A DNA stretch of 64,000 nt from Harriotta raleighana. Taxonomy: Eukaryota. The position numbers and the translations under genes are program-made. Below are positions 25,354 through 37,156 of this stretch, piece after piece. How positions within the stretch are numbered: position 1 is the first letter of the stretch; each line of letters begins with the position of its first letter. The notes beneath the pieces were generated by a model. It was not told the DNA's origin and did no database searches. It saw only the letters and a list, made by a program, of their open reading frames with translations. The stretch spans positions 10,455,269 to 10,519,268 of the forward strand of contig JBNZDD010013729.1 in the NCBI GenBank assembly GCA_050575255.1, in the 5' to 3' direction.

Positions 25354-26342
25354 ATGCCAGGGAATGTGTCGAGTGCCCCGAGGATTACTGGTCCAACGAG
25401 AAGCGGGATGAGTGTTTGCACAAAGAGATCGAGTACCTGGGTTACGATGACCCGCTGGGAATCACGCTCATTGCGCTGTCCATACTGGGGGCCAGTGTGG
25501 CCGTGGCTGTGGGGGCTATTTACCTGGTTCGCCGTGACACCGCGCTGGTCAAGGCCAACGATCGCGAGCTGAGCTTCCTGCTCTTGTTCTCCCTGGTTAT
25601 AAGCTTCCTCAGCTCGGTCGTGTTTGTCGGGCAGCCGAGAAACTGGTCTTGCATGACCAGGCAGGTCCTCCTGGCTCTCAGCTTTGGTGTCTGTCTCTCA
25701 TGCATGTCGGCCAAGGCTTTCGCCCTGATGCTGGTAGCCAGAGCGGCCAAAGCGCCGGAAAAGACGGAGCAAAAATCAGCGAGTCACTTCCAGCAAAGGG
25801 TCATCGCCTCTGCCTTCATAATGTGCCTAACTTGCCTCTGCCTGGCCTGGCTGCTCATTTTCCCTCCCTCGCCCGTCAAGAACACCCTCTCTCAGAATGT
25901 CAAGATCATTCTGGAATGTAGCGAGGGCTCGGTGGTCTTCCTGTGCTTAGTGCTCGGCTACGACCTGCTCTTGGCTGGCGTTTGCTTCATCTTCGCCTTC
26001 ATCGCCCGCAAATTGCCCACTAACTTCAATGAAGCTAAGTTCATGACCTTTGCCCTGCTGGTCTTTTTCATCGTGTGGATTTCCTTCATCCCTGCGTACC
26101 TCAGCACCCGAGGTAAGTACATGGTGGCCGTGGAGATATTCGCTATCCTGGCTTCCAGCTTCGGGATACTGGGCTGTCTGTTCCTTCCGAAGTGTTACAT
26201 CATTCTGCTGAAACCCGAAAGGAACACAGAAGAATTGGTTACGGGCAAAACTGAAGGCAATGATAAGAGCGCCCCACCCACCTCTCAGTCATTGACCACC
26301 TCAGGACTGAGCACCACCTGCTCGACGATCGCTCCAGATTAA
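25354..26342 (+). CDS. vmn2r1: V2R2/Vmn2r1-type receptor exon 6 (7TM and tail)
   Basis: GGCAG|(D)ARECVECPEDYWSN...ARKLPTNFNEAKFMTF...PKCYIILLKPERN...STTCSTIAPD*. Confidence 0.95.
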
Positions 26343-26656
26343 TGAATGGATTCATCTGAGCGCAAACAAACAACGGGACTGGAAATTTGCTGCTTTGAAT
26401 CGATAGATTTCTTGAGCATTTAATGATTCGTAGACAACGGACATAACTTATATTTGAATGTATTTTATTCATTATTATTCATTTTATCTCATACTCAGTT
26501 ACTGATTATATAGAAATGTTTGCTCCATGATGACCTGGATTTCAGGACCAAACCTAGGTTAGATTTCTGTTAATCTGTACAACCACAAAACTCTCTTTAA
26601 AAACATTTTTTTTAAATTGTAAATGGGGAGAAGTTCCATCCAGGTTCTAGATTTAT

Positions 26657-27250
26657 TCCTGTAGCTCATGCCTTACAAGCATGAGAACTGTGTTCGAATC
26701 CAGGCAGATCAGGGCGAAACCTTGGGCAAGTTTCCTTACTCCACATGCCTAATAATAATCCCTCCAAAAAANTTGTTGTTGTTGTTGTAAATTGGTCACT
26801 TCAATCCATGACTGTATGTGGGACGCTGCTGTGCTCAATTGGCTGCCGCATTCCGCCTACAAATATACAGTCAATTCACTTTACAGTATATTCTGTGAAG
26901 CGCTTTGGGACGTTGATAAAATGTGAAAAGCACTATATCAAATGCAAGGATTATTATTATTATATTGTAAGCGTGAGACCTGTGTTCGAATCCAGTCAGG
27001 TCAGGGTGAAACCTTGGATAAGTTTCCTCACTCCACATGCCTAATAATAATCCCTCAAAAAAACTATAATAAATTGGTCATTTCAATCCACGACTGTTTG
27101 TGGGGATGCTGCTGTGCACAATTGGCTGCTGCGTTTCGCCCACTAAATATACAGTCAATTCACTTCACAATATACTTGTGAAGCGCTTTAAGAAGTCTAG
27201 AAGACATGAAAAGCGCTATATATGAAATACAAGGAATATTATTATTATTA
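26657..27250 (+). mobile_element. Two tandem tRNA-derived SINE copies
   Basis: Copies at about 26657-26965 and 26966-27250; N join at 26772. Confidence 0.85.
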
Positions 27251-28004
27251 CCCCTCTAACATTTCAGAGCATTCAACAAATTATTGACTTCAACCTCAAT
27301 TTTGAAGTTGCTTCCCTGCCAGACCTTGGATGAATTGATGGAAAGAAAATAGCTTAAAAACTGCAAGGCTGCAATTTGCCGAATTCAGGAAGCATTTCAT
27401 ATATCCTTTTCACAACATTGAGACAAACGGCTTCACAGAATATATTGCAAAGTGAATTGACTGTATATTTTCCGAGCGAAATGTGTAAAATGCTGCATTT
27501 AAATCCAAGTGGAATTTCTCCCTTTAAAACTATATATTTTTAAAACCTACCCAGCTCACCTCTGGCTGTGAGGGGGCTATATTCAAGTTATTTCTTTCAA
27601 TTCTTATATTTATGGATTTACTACAATTTACTGAAACAGTTCTTAAACTGTGGCCTGGTAATTGCTAATGAGATGAAATGGCAGATGTGGGCGTAATTAA
27701 TATATTTAGCATTTCAATACTAAGTGAATCATATTTAATTCTTAAATTTATGCATTTAATTTTGTTCCGTTATAATTTACATGCTGACTGACCCTCCCCC
27801 CAACCCCACCACCTCCCCCCACCCACCTGACAACAATGGTATGTTTCAAATCTTTTTATAATTAAATTTTAAAATTAAACTGTGACTATGCAAAAAAAAA
27901 GCTTTGGATGTTTTTGTTTAAGGGTTAAGGTGATAGCAGGGTGTGCCTACTTCCTGGAGGACAAAACAGGAACTTTGGAAAAATATGTAATATTTTAATG
28001 TATC

Positions 28005-28206
28005 TGTGTGTGTGCGCGCGCGCGCGTGTGATTGTGTGTATGGTTATGTGTTTGTTTGTGTGTGTGTGCTTGTGTCTGTGATAATATGTGNTGTGTGTGT
28101 GTGCGTGTGCGCGTGTGTGATTGTGTGTATGGTTATGTGTTTGTTTGTGTGTGTGTGCTTGTGTCTGTGATAATATGTGCGTGTGTGTCTGTGATAATGT
28201 GTGTGC
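28005..28206. repeat. Imperfect (TG)n microsatellite region
   Basis: Visible TG/CG runs, partly duplicated around N at 28091. Confidence 0.85.
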
Positions 28207-30331
28207 AAGTGTATGAACTTAATTCCAGAGTTGTAATCAGTAACCAGCTGCCTTGGGTGAGGTACAGATTCCTGTGGGTTTCCCAATGTATTGATGACTG
28301 ACCTGAATCAGTACTGTGGTGTTTCATGTGCATTTTTACCCTTGCAAGATGCTTGCCTAGAAACTACAGAGACAATGCACTCGCTTTGAGATGTGACGAG
28401 ACGCTATATCAAATGCAAGGATAATCCTTGCATATGATATAGTGCCTTATCAAGACTTCTAGACGTCTCAAAGTGCTTTACAGAATATATGGGAAAGTAA
28501 ATTGACTGTATAGGTTGTGGGCAAAACGCAGCAGCCAATTGCACACAGCAGCATCCTCACAAACAGTTTGGGATTGAGTGACCAAATTATTATTATTAAT
28601 ATTATGAACACAAGCAATTTGTGCTCCTTTAATTCTACCATTTGTTTTTACCAGGAGGCTAATGGGATGTGATTAAACACACTGGGGCGAGGGTGAGGGG
28701 GGGGGGTGGTGGGGGGAAACTGTGCAGTGTAAACAAAGGCCCCAAAACTGCTTAGCAATCCCGTCGCAATTAAACAGTGAGGAGCTGTCTGTGCATCAGA
28801 CAATGGTTGGCACATTGATTTAGTCCTTGATAAGTCTGTTGACACTAAATATTACTTTTGGCAAGTGTGACAATCCATATTAACACACTGAGAGGGGTAG
28901 CCACTTGACCTCTACTGACCTGTCCACTTTTCTGAAAATAACCTTTCAAAAGCGCCCTAACATGGCGCTGGCTGAATTGTGATCAGTACAACTCTCAGGC
29001 TGCGTGGGTTTGAATCCTGAGGCTTCTAATGTTGACATGCCTGGGCTTTTAGTACAACGAGTATGTGAATGCTGCCCGGAATGACAAGGTGACTGACTAG
29101 GGCTGTGCACTTCACGGATAGAAAAGTCTGGCTTCATCCAGGTCGGAGAAAGTTGAGGTTGTGTCGAACAGCTGCAGTGCTTCACACAGTGAGTTTGTGG
29201 ACATCAAGCCTGGGCTGAGGAAGAAAGTCAGGCAAAGGAGCTTGTGCACAAGAGGCAGCTGTGGAAGCTTTGAGGTAAGAAGGAGATTTTAAAAACATTT
29301 GATTTCATTATCACGCCTGCAATTCGGGGCCTTACATTACTGTGATTGCCAAAGCAGGATCCTGGCCAGGATTATTACACAGTTGTCTCGGGGCAGTTGG
29401 GTGATAGAAAGATGTTTCTAGAAGCTGCTGATGAAAAGTACCGTGAACGCAGCAGAGAAATGGCAGCTCTTCAGTGAGGAAGCTCTGTTGCCTTTATTGC
29501 ACCCAGACACTTGCTGTGTGTGAACACAGAACCTCCCTTCGTGCATTGTGCAATCAGTTCTAAAGCATCTTAAAAGACTGGCTAGTCAAGTTGCAAACCA
29601 ATTAGTTCTCATTTAATCGATTTAACCCTTGAGAGCAGCAGAGCAAGCCTCGGTTGTAATATCTTTATATGCTCTCAGGGCCTTGGAATGCCAACTCCAG
29701 CATTCGAAAAAAAAACATTTAACACGTTGTGGATCGAGCACACCGTCTCATTCTGTTACCGTGAAAAACAATGTTAATGTCGTCCATCCTGCCTTTTCTA
29801 AACCTGAAGAGTCTCCATCGCGAAATAGTTCCTGCGATTTTCTGCTAATAACATATGCAGTTTAATGGCCAGTAAAGATTATGTTCACAGTGTAACTATG
29901 CCAACGAAATGCTAGTCCCTGTAAGCAGCCGCTACTGTGTGCATTTCTAACCCCGATACATCTAAGCTTAAACAGGCAGCCTTAATTCTTTTGTGGCAAT
30001 CCATTTTATGTTTTAATAGTCGCGTGGAAAATGAAAACATACAATTGTCCTGCTCGAGTCTGTACGTTAAAGAGGGGGACTTGCAAACGCAGAGCAAATC
30101 CTCATCTCACCCTCAATACATTTGCTGATGAAAACCTTTTGACCTTTTTTTTAAAAAAAACACAAGCGTGTAATAGATTCCGACAGGCAGTGGGGCGGTG
30201 TGATTTGGTTTAATGCTCCGGGTTGGTCAGGCAAATCTTTCAGTCATTGAAGGGCTAAACGGAACCTCTGACTTGCTGGCAAGCCAATAGGCGAGACAAT
30301 TGTGGGTCAAACCTCCTTCCCTCCACTGTCT

Positions 30332-30455
30332 TAGATTCATAGATTCATAGATTCATAGAAGTTTACGGCACAAAAGGAGGCCATTCGGCCCATCTAGTCT
30401 GTGCCGGCTCTTTGAAAAGAGCGATTTAATCCCACTGCCCTGCTCGCTCTCCATA
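30332..30455 (-). mobile_element. CR1 3' tail
   Basis: (TAGATTCA)x3 then GGCACAAAAGGAGGCCATTCGGCCC, as at 14518. Confidence 0.8.
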
Positions 30456-30504
30456 GCTGCTGCTGATACTAACTTGGAATGCCCTGAAGGCAATTATCTG
30501 CTTA

Positions 30505-30870
30505 CCCCCCCACTCCACCACCCGCTATCTCCACTTGGCTGGCTCCGGCCTTCTGTTCGACACTCGTTCCCTCCGTTCCACCATTGCTGCTGATCTTGCC
30601 TTCAGCCACTACCCTCTGAAACTCTGGAACTCTCAATCCCCCCGCCTTGCTCCCTCCCTCTCTCCGCAACTTCAAATCCTGCCGAACGACCTGCCGAAAT
30701 CCTGCCGAACGACCTTCCTTTTTGATCCTCCTCATGGTCACCTTCCCTCCCTCCCTCTGCCCCCCACCCACCCTTCCCACCCCAGCTCGCTGTCAGACTC
30801 TGCCACTTTCAAGCGCTCTAAGACACCACCCCACGTGAAGGCCGCTGTATAAATGCAAGTTGTTGTTGTT
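30505..30870 (+). mobile_element. L2-type LINE 3' fragment
   Basis: RSTIAADLAFSHYPLKLWNS; tail ATAAATGCAAG(TTG)n. Confidence 0.8.
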
Positions 30871-31784
30871 ATATCACAGTGGAACAATGAAAGAAGACAA
30901 CACCTGAAGATCATTTATATTTTTGTTCAAGGAGGGGAAGCAAAATGATTGATGGAGGAAGAAGCAACAGGTTAGTCTGATGCCATCTGTTGAATATCCT
31001 TGTGGAGTCCTGATTCCATCTGTTGAATATCCATGTGGAGTCCTGTAGCTCAGTGGTTAGAGTACTTGCCTTACAAGCAAGAGATATGGGTTCAATTCCA
31101 GGCAGGTCAGGGCAAAACCTTTGGCAAGTTTCCTTACTCCGCACGCCTAATAATAAACCCTCAAAAAATATTAAGAAACTGGTCAATACAATCCACATGA
31201 AAAGGGCTATATCAAATGCAAGGATTATTATAATTTATATTATTATGACAGTTGCTTGCCCGAACCTAATGCTTTTTCTGTGGTTTAATGACAGATTACA
31301 TCTTGAGCTTGTACCATTGAGGTCTTCCTGTTACAAAACCTCAATGTTGTCTCAGTTAGCTAAGTGAGCTGCTTTCAGATATCCTTCCCTCACTCCCACC
31401 TGCCATGACGTGAAAGTTGCTTACATAAATGAAAAAAAACTGTTGCTGTTGGTCACCTGTAGGTTAGGAGCAAATGAAATGCTGAGAGATTTGCCAACGT
31501 AAGTGAAACCATTCTGTGTGTTGCTGCTTTTCAAGATTGATGTAAAACAAAACCAAGTGAAAACATAAAGGGGAAGTGGGCTGGAAAAAAAAGAGAAGGC
31601 AAGTGAGTCAGTGTGAAAGGCTTGTGTGAAGAACAGACTTGTTCCATATTCAGCAGCTGAGATACTTTGTCAACAGGTGAGTGTTTGCTCATCTTCTGTC
31701 ATTATAGTTGAAGTTAAAATCGATATGCTTATACTGGATTTATATTATCCACATCACTTCTACTTCTTGTTCTGTATCCGCTCT

Positions 31785-32110
31785 GGATTCCTGTAACACA
31801 GTAGTTAGAGCACTTAGCCTCTAAACAAGCGAGAGACCTGGGTTCGATTCCAGGTCAGGGTGCGACCATGGGCAAGTTTCCTTACTCCTCACGCCTGATA
31901 ATAATCCCTCAAGAAAGAAAATACAATAATAAATTGGTCATTTCAATCCAAGACTGTTTGTGGGACACTGCTGTGCGCAATCAGCTGCTGCGTTTCGCCC
32001 ACAAATATACAGTCAATTCACTTTACAGTATATTCTGTGAAGCGCTTTTGGATGGCTAGAAGACGTGAAAAGAACTATATCAAATGCAAGGATTATTATT
32101 ATTATTGTTA
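31785..32110 (+). mobile_element. tRNA-derived SINE
   Basis: Same family consensus. Confidence 0.87.
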
Positions 32111-34164
32111 TTTGTCAGTGTTTTAAAAGTGCAGGTAATTTTGTTAGAATGTTTCTTCCTCTTGGCTGCAGCCCCCAATTCAGGTGTGAATCCTAAATGA
32201 TCTTGGGACATCCACCCAGTGTGAAAGGCACGATATAAATGCAATTTAGTTGTTGCTGGAAACCAAAGGCTAAAGTATAACAAGAAATCGTTACCCATTT
32301 AAGTAAAGTGGGGTCCAAAAATTATACAAACACAAGATAATTTACTTTCCAGACTCAGGCTGGCTTGACATAATAATAATAATCCTTGAATTTAATATAG
32401 TGCTTTTCACGTCTTCTAAATGTTTCAAAGCACTTCGCAGAGTATACTGTAAAGTGAATTGACTGTATATTTGTGGGCAAAACGTGGCAGCCAATTGCGT
32501 CCCCACAAACAGTCGTGGATTGAAATGACCAATTTTTAATATTGTGTTTTTTTTGGAGGAGTTATTATTAGGCGTGTGGAGTAAGGAAACATCCATTTAT
32601 ACTGCTAAATTTTTGCATCATAAAGCACTTGAATGTTGGGCAACAATTCTGAAGTGGTTGGCAGACAACTAACAGGAGAATCTCAGCTGCCCCCAGAGGA
32701 TGTTCAGCCGCTCTGTTTTTAATGAGCAGAGCTGCACAATTGGACACTGGAGATCGCTCCAGATAAATGGTAGCTTTCGGAGCTGTGATAGAAACTGTGA
32801 AAAGTCCAAGTGCATTCCCTGGTTTTGGTAGAGTTGCCACCAAAACTGCTGAGTTTCCCAGCATTATTAGCCGAGAACTTAATGGTCAGGCGTTATTTGA
32901 TGTTGTCCTTTTCATCTCAGGACCCAAAACAGAATGAATTACTCTCTGCTGATGACAGGAATACCACAATGGCACTGGCTCTCTGTACTGAGAGTGTGAG
33001 AGCAATCCAAAGCCTGCTGATATCCTATTTTGTGTGTAAGATTAAGCCCAGATTGTACGAAGAGCTGAGGTTTTGAGACTTTTTTGGAGGGAGTGCAAAA
33101 TATTTATTACAATGTGCGGAGGAGATCAACATGATTGACAGGCAGAAGGAATTTATTAAACCCCGGATGGCTCTACTCCAATTTAAACAGACCACCCATT
33201 GAGATCAGCTGGATGGTTGGCAATTCTTGTTTAGAGCAAAATAAACGCAAACCCTATTATAGTGACAGGTGTTCTGTAGGTATTTGTCAGAAGTGAAGGT
33301 AAGACATTAGGTTGCTACCCAGAGTCCAGGAAGCAATCCATTTTGCTGCTGCAATAAAGACGTAAGGAATCTCAGTGTGTGTCCAGCTAGTATTTTTCTG
33401 GATAGTGATACTGGCCAGAATGCCTCCAATCCTACAGTGTAACACGTAGAGGAGAAAGTCAGAGGATGACCTGTGGCCTTGTTAAATATTATTGTGTAGC
33501 TGTTTGATTGGCAATAGGCATCTATTAGGGAATGAGAAATGAAACCATCCACCAAATGAAGGAAATGGGCAGTTGAATGTCCTACAGGAACTTGGGTGTG
33601 GAATAGGAATGTGCGTATTACAATATAAGTTGACCTGCGTTGCACTGATTTGGTTAATACCCTGGTCAGAAGTCAGAAGAATATAAGGAAACCTTCTCTA
33701 ACTGTCTGCTGAGCAAACTCAGAGAAGTGATGTTAGCCACATTGCCACCAATAATACACGGAAAGAGAAGGTGGGAGTAGATCGGGCTGACTTCCCTTCA
33801 CCCTCCTCCCCACTCCCACCTCGGTCCTAACCCATAGCTTAGGTCCAAATCCCTGACTGTCCAGTGCCTTGGGATGTCCTCCTGATGTGAAAGGCACTGT
33901 GTAAATGTAATTTGTTGTTGTTGCTGCTTTGCCAATGTTATTTATAATTGTACCTACCTTTTTTTTGTCTTTGTCTCTATAGATTGTGTTGCATTTCCCT
34001 GTTGAGAGAAATGTACTCCAATTCCTTAAGCGATTCACCTGGGAAGTTCTCACACAAACAGCAGAACTCCGTGGCTATGCAGTACAGGTATGGGCTGATT
34101 TGCTTGCTCAATATTGGGTCATACGTGAATTTCTATGCATCACTGTGACCTTGCTCTGTGGTTG

Positions 34165-34492
34165 ATAATAATATTCCTTGCATTTGATATAATACTTTTC
34201 ACGTCTTGTAGGCATCTCAAAGAGCTTCACAGAATCTACTGTAAAGTGAATTGACTGTATATCTGTGGGCAGAACTCGGCAGCCAATTGCGCACCAACAA
34301 AACAGTCGTAGCTTGAGTGACCAAATTATTCATGTTTTTTTTCTTGAAGGATTATTATCAGGCGTAAGTAAACTTGCCCAAGGTTTGGCTAATCGTGACA
34401 ATGGAGTAAGGGAACTTGCCCAAGGTTTTGCTCTGCCTGGAATCAAACCCGGGGCTTTCGCTTGCAAGACACTGAGCTACAGGACTCCACAA
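34165..34492 (-). mobile_element. tRNA-derived SINE
   Basis: Same family, internal duplication of AACTTGCCCAAGGTTT. Confidence 0.82.
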
Positions 34493-34642
34493 ATCCAGTG
34501 TCTAAATTATTGTAAGATAAAGCATGTGTGACATATCCATTTTTGTGGATTGTACATTTCTGTACAACCACAAAACTCTCTTTAAAAATATTTTTAACAA
34601 ATTTTAAATGGGGAGAAGTTCCATCCAGGTTCTAGATTTATT

Positions 34643-34945
34643 CCTGTAGCCCAGTGCTTAGAGCACTCATCTTACAAGCGTGAGACCTGTGTTTCGAAAC
34701 CAAGCAGGTCAGGGCGAAACCTTGTTTCCTTACTCCACACACCTAATAATAATCCTTCAAAAAAAAATGTAATTGGTCATTTCAATCCACGACTGTTTGT
34801 GGGACTGTGCGCAATTGGCCGCAGTGTTTTGCCCACCAATATACAGTCAATTCACTTTACAGTATAATCTGTGATGCTCTTGGAGACGTCTAGAAGACGT
34901 GAAAAGTGTTGCATTAAATGCGAGGATTATTATTATTATTATTAT
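34643..34945 (+). mobile_element. tRNA-derived SINE
   Basis: Same family consensus. Confidence 0.87.
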
Positions 34946-35289
34946 TTGTGAATTTCACGTTCAAAAAGGCCACAGAGTGGAAAGGCAGACGCCAATATTT
35001 CCGGTGACGCCATTTGTTCAATCAGCAGCATCGCCGATGTCTGTTTGGCTGTTTTACAATTGAATCTTGATCAAACACTCTGTGTGTGCTTTGTGGGTTG
35101 ATTCCAGCAGAATAAGTGCCCAACAAGTGCCACCCAGTGGAACTGCAACTGCATTGCTGGCACAGGCATCGCCACTAAAATTACCACAGGGAGAAACAAA
35201 CTCCCACACCTGGTAATGTTGGCCTGGCTCATCAGGACAGTCTCACACAGTTACCTTCAGCCAACACCCTAACCCTGATATTAAAAAAA

Positions 35290-35492
35290 TACAATACACT
35301 GCAGAGAGCTGCAAATCTGAAACAAAAACAGAAATGGCTCGGAGCGCTCAACAGGTCAGGCAGCATCTGTGGAGAAAAGAAAAGCGAGAAATCTTCTGAT
35401 GAAGGGTCGTGGACCCGAAACGTCGACTCGCTTTTCCTCTCTCTGTAGATGCTGCCTGACCTGCTGAGTGTACCCAGCCATTTCTGCTTTTG
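35290..35492 (+). mobile_element. Penelope-like pLTR-derived inverted repeat
   Basis: Arms CAGAAATGGCT..CAGGTCAGGCAGCATCT..GAAAAGCGAG / CTCGCTTTTC..AGATGCTGCCTGACCTG..AGCCATTTCTG around a hammerhead core; family assignment is inferred. Confidence 0.65.
35396..35424 (+). ncRNA. Minimal hammerhead ribozyme core (Penelope type)
   Basis: CTGATGA-A-GGGTC-GTG-GACCC-GAAA-CGTC: both core boxes, 5-bp stem II, GUC triplet. Confidence 0.6.
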
Positions 35493-36005
35493 ACCCTTAT
35501 TTTGAGATGCGTGGGACGCCTTTCCCACTTACAGGCTCCGTTTTACGCCTTTTCTTAAGCTGGATGTTAAAGTGTTAAAGATCTTATCGCTCAACAGCAC
35601 TTGGTAACACGAGGGAAAGTTTCTCTCTGTGTTGTGCCCAACAATCCCCCACCCCCACATAGACTTGGTTCATTAACCTCCAGACTTTGTTGTTGTACGT
35701 GACAGTTTCCTGTTTGCTTACAGAAAATGGTTGACTTTCTTCTGCAACTTGAATTGGATATAAATAGATTTATTTAGATTTTTAAAAAGAACTGAAGTAA
35801 GTTCATAATACTGAGCGTAGGGTGAAGATCACTGTTCCTGCAGCAGTAATAAAACGGAAGCACTCTGGGACTCTACCCTGCATTGAACAGAGCAATATAA
35901 ATGCAAGTTGTTGCCGTTGTAATGGAGTAGGTTTTCAGAGTGTTCCAGCGACACAGGGTAACAAGCTCGAAGTGATAGGAAGGGAAGGTCATGTTGCGTT
36001 CTACC

Positions 36006-36290
36006 GTGGATTCCTATAGCTCAGTGGTTAGAGCACTCGCTTTGCAAGTGAGAGCTCTGGGTTCGGTTCCCGGCAGGGTGAAAGTTGGGAAAGTTTCCTT
36101 ACTCCACACACACTTGTCTCTGTTTACCTAGCAGTATGTAGGAACCCAGTTGTTAATTGGTGGATCATTATTCCGGGAGTAATAATCCCTTGTACGGGGG
36201 CGGTGGGGGGGCGGAAATTCACGGTTGTTTGTGGGGACAGTTCTACAGCACGCTTCGCCCACAAAATATGCAGTATTCTGTATATTTTCC
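36006..36290 (+). mobile_element. tRNA-derived SINE, long-centre subtype
   Basis: Extra CTCTGTTTACCTAGCAG..GGAACCC..TTCCGGGAG segment, also seen at about 48065-48400(-) and 61225-61596(-). Confidence 0.75.
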
Positions 36291-37156
36291 GCAGAACATC
36301 AGCAGGTCATTTCAATGTGGCAAAAACATCCAGTTGAGATGGCTGTGCAGTCTGGAGCCCTCAGTAGTTTATTTTCTGATTAGTCTGGGTTCGAACCAAT
36401 GGAAAAAGGCACCTGCTCTCGAAAAACCATTTGCCTTTGTCCTGGTACCTAATTTTGGAAGTATTGGTCACATTTAGCAGATTTGTTCAGGCGTGAAGTC
36501 ATCTGGACAGTCCCCAAGGTACTAAACACTGAAACATTTTGTGCTGCGCTGACATTTGCTTGGGGCAAGTGAGTTGCTTGTTTCCACTCCTAATGATGTG
36601 ATGTTCAAAGCTGCATTCATCCACGGTTCCTTTGATCCGAAACATTAAATTATGGGAGCAACTAAGAGCTGCCCGGCTTGATATGAAATAATAATAATAA
36701 TAATCCTTGCATTTGATAAATCGCTTTTTACGTCTTCTAGACGTCTCAAAGTGCTTCACAGAATATACTGTAAAGTGAATTGACTGTATATTTGTAGGCG
36801 AAACACGGCAGCCAATTGGCACTATGTATTTGGAAAGAGAAGGAAGTTTCTCCTGATGTCACTGGCCACTAATCCTTCCTCCTCCCCCTCCCCTCCTCAT
36901 CCCCCCATAAAATTGGTCATTGTGTACAAACAAGCTGTCGTATTGCCTACAATTATCTCAACTAATTCCATTAGCTGCTGTAACATGTACCATTGTTGTT
37001 GCAGTTAATGGATGGTTGCAAGGCACTAACTGATGCTTTGAATACTATTTATTAAAGTTTTTTTAATATTATATATATATATAAATAAAATTCTAGTTCT
37101 CAAACTCAGAGAGTTTGTTTGATGGCTTCCCGTGTAGAATGAGATATTTCAAAATA

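Larger units (their letters stand above)
18956..26342 (+). other. vmn2r1: Gene model: V2R2 / Vmn2r1 / OlfCc1-type family C vomeronasal receptor, 6 coding exons, 913 aa
   Basis: join(18956..19173,21000..21291,22142..23032,24109..24336,24785..24908,25354..26342) = 2742 nt, open, GT-AG; recalled Vmn2r1 hallmarks FNFR.FRW, TISKA, RILGLYY.PQV, SCSILSDKFQFPS, DDDYGKYG, DIDLS, Ser/Thr-rich tail; alternative in-frame ATG at 18935. Confidence 0.9.

Noticed and set aside
4462-26342. Calling either receptor CASR or GPRC6A
   Set aside because: Both lack the long CaSR C-terminal tail; exon 3 runs unsplit from ISY/VDY to PWQ as in V2Rs; motifs fit V2R/OlfC
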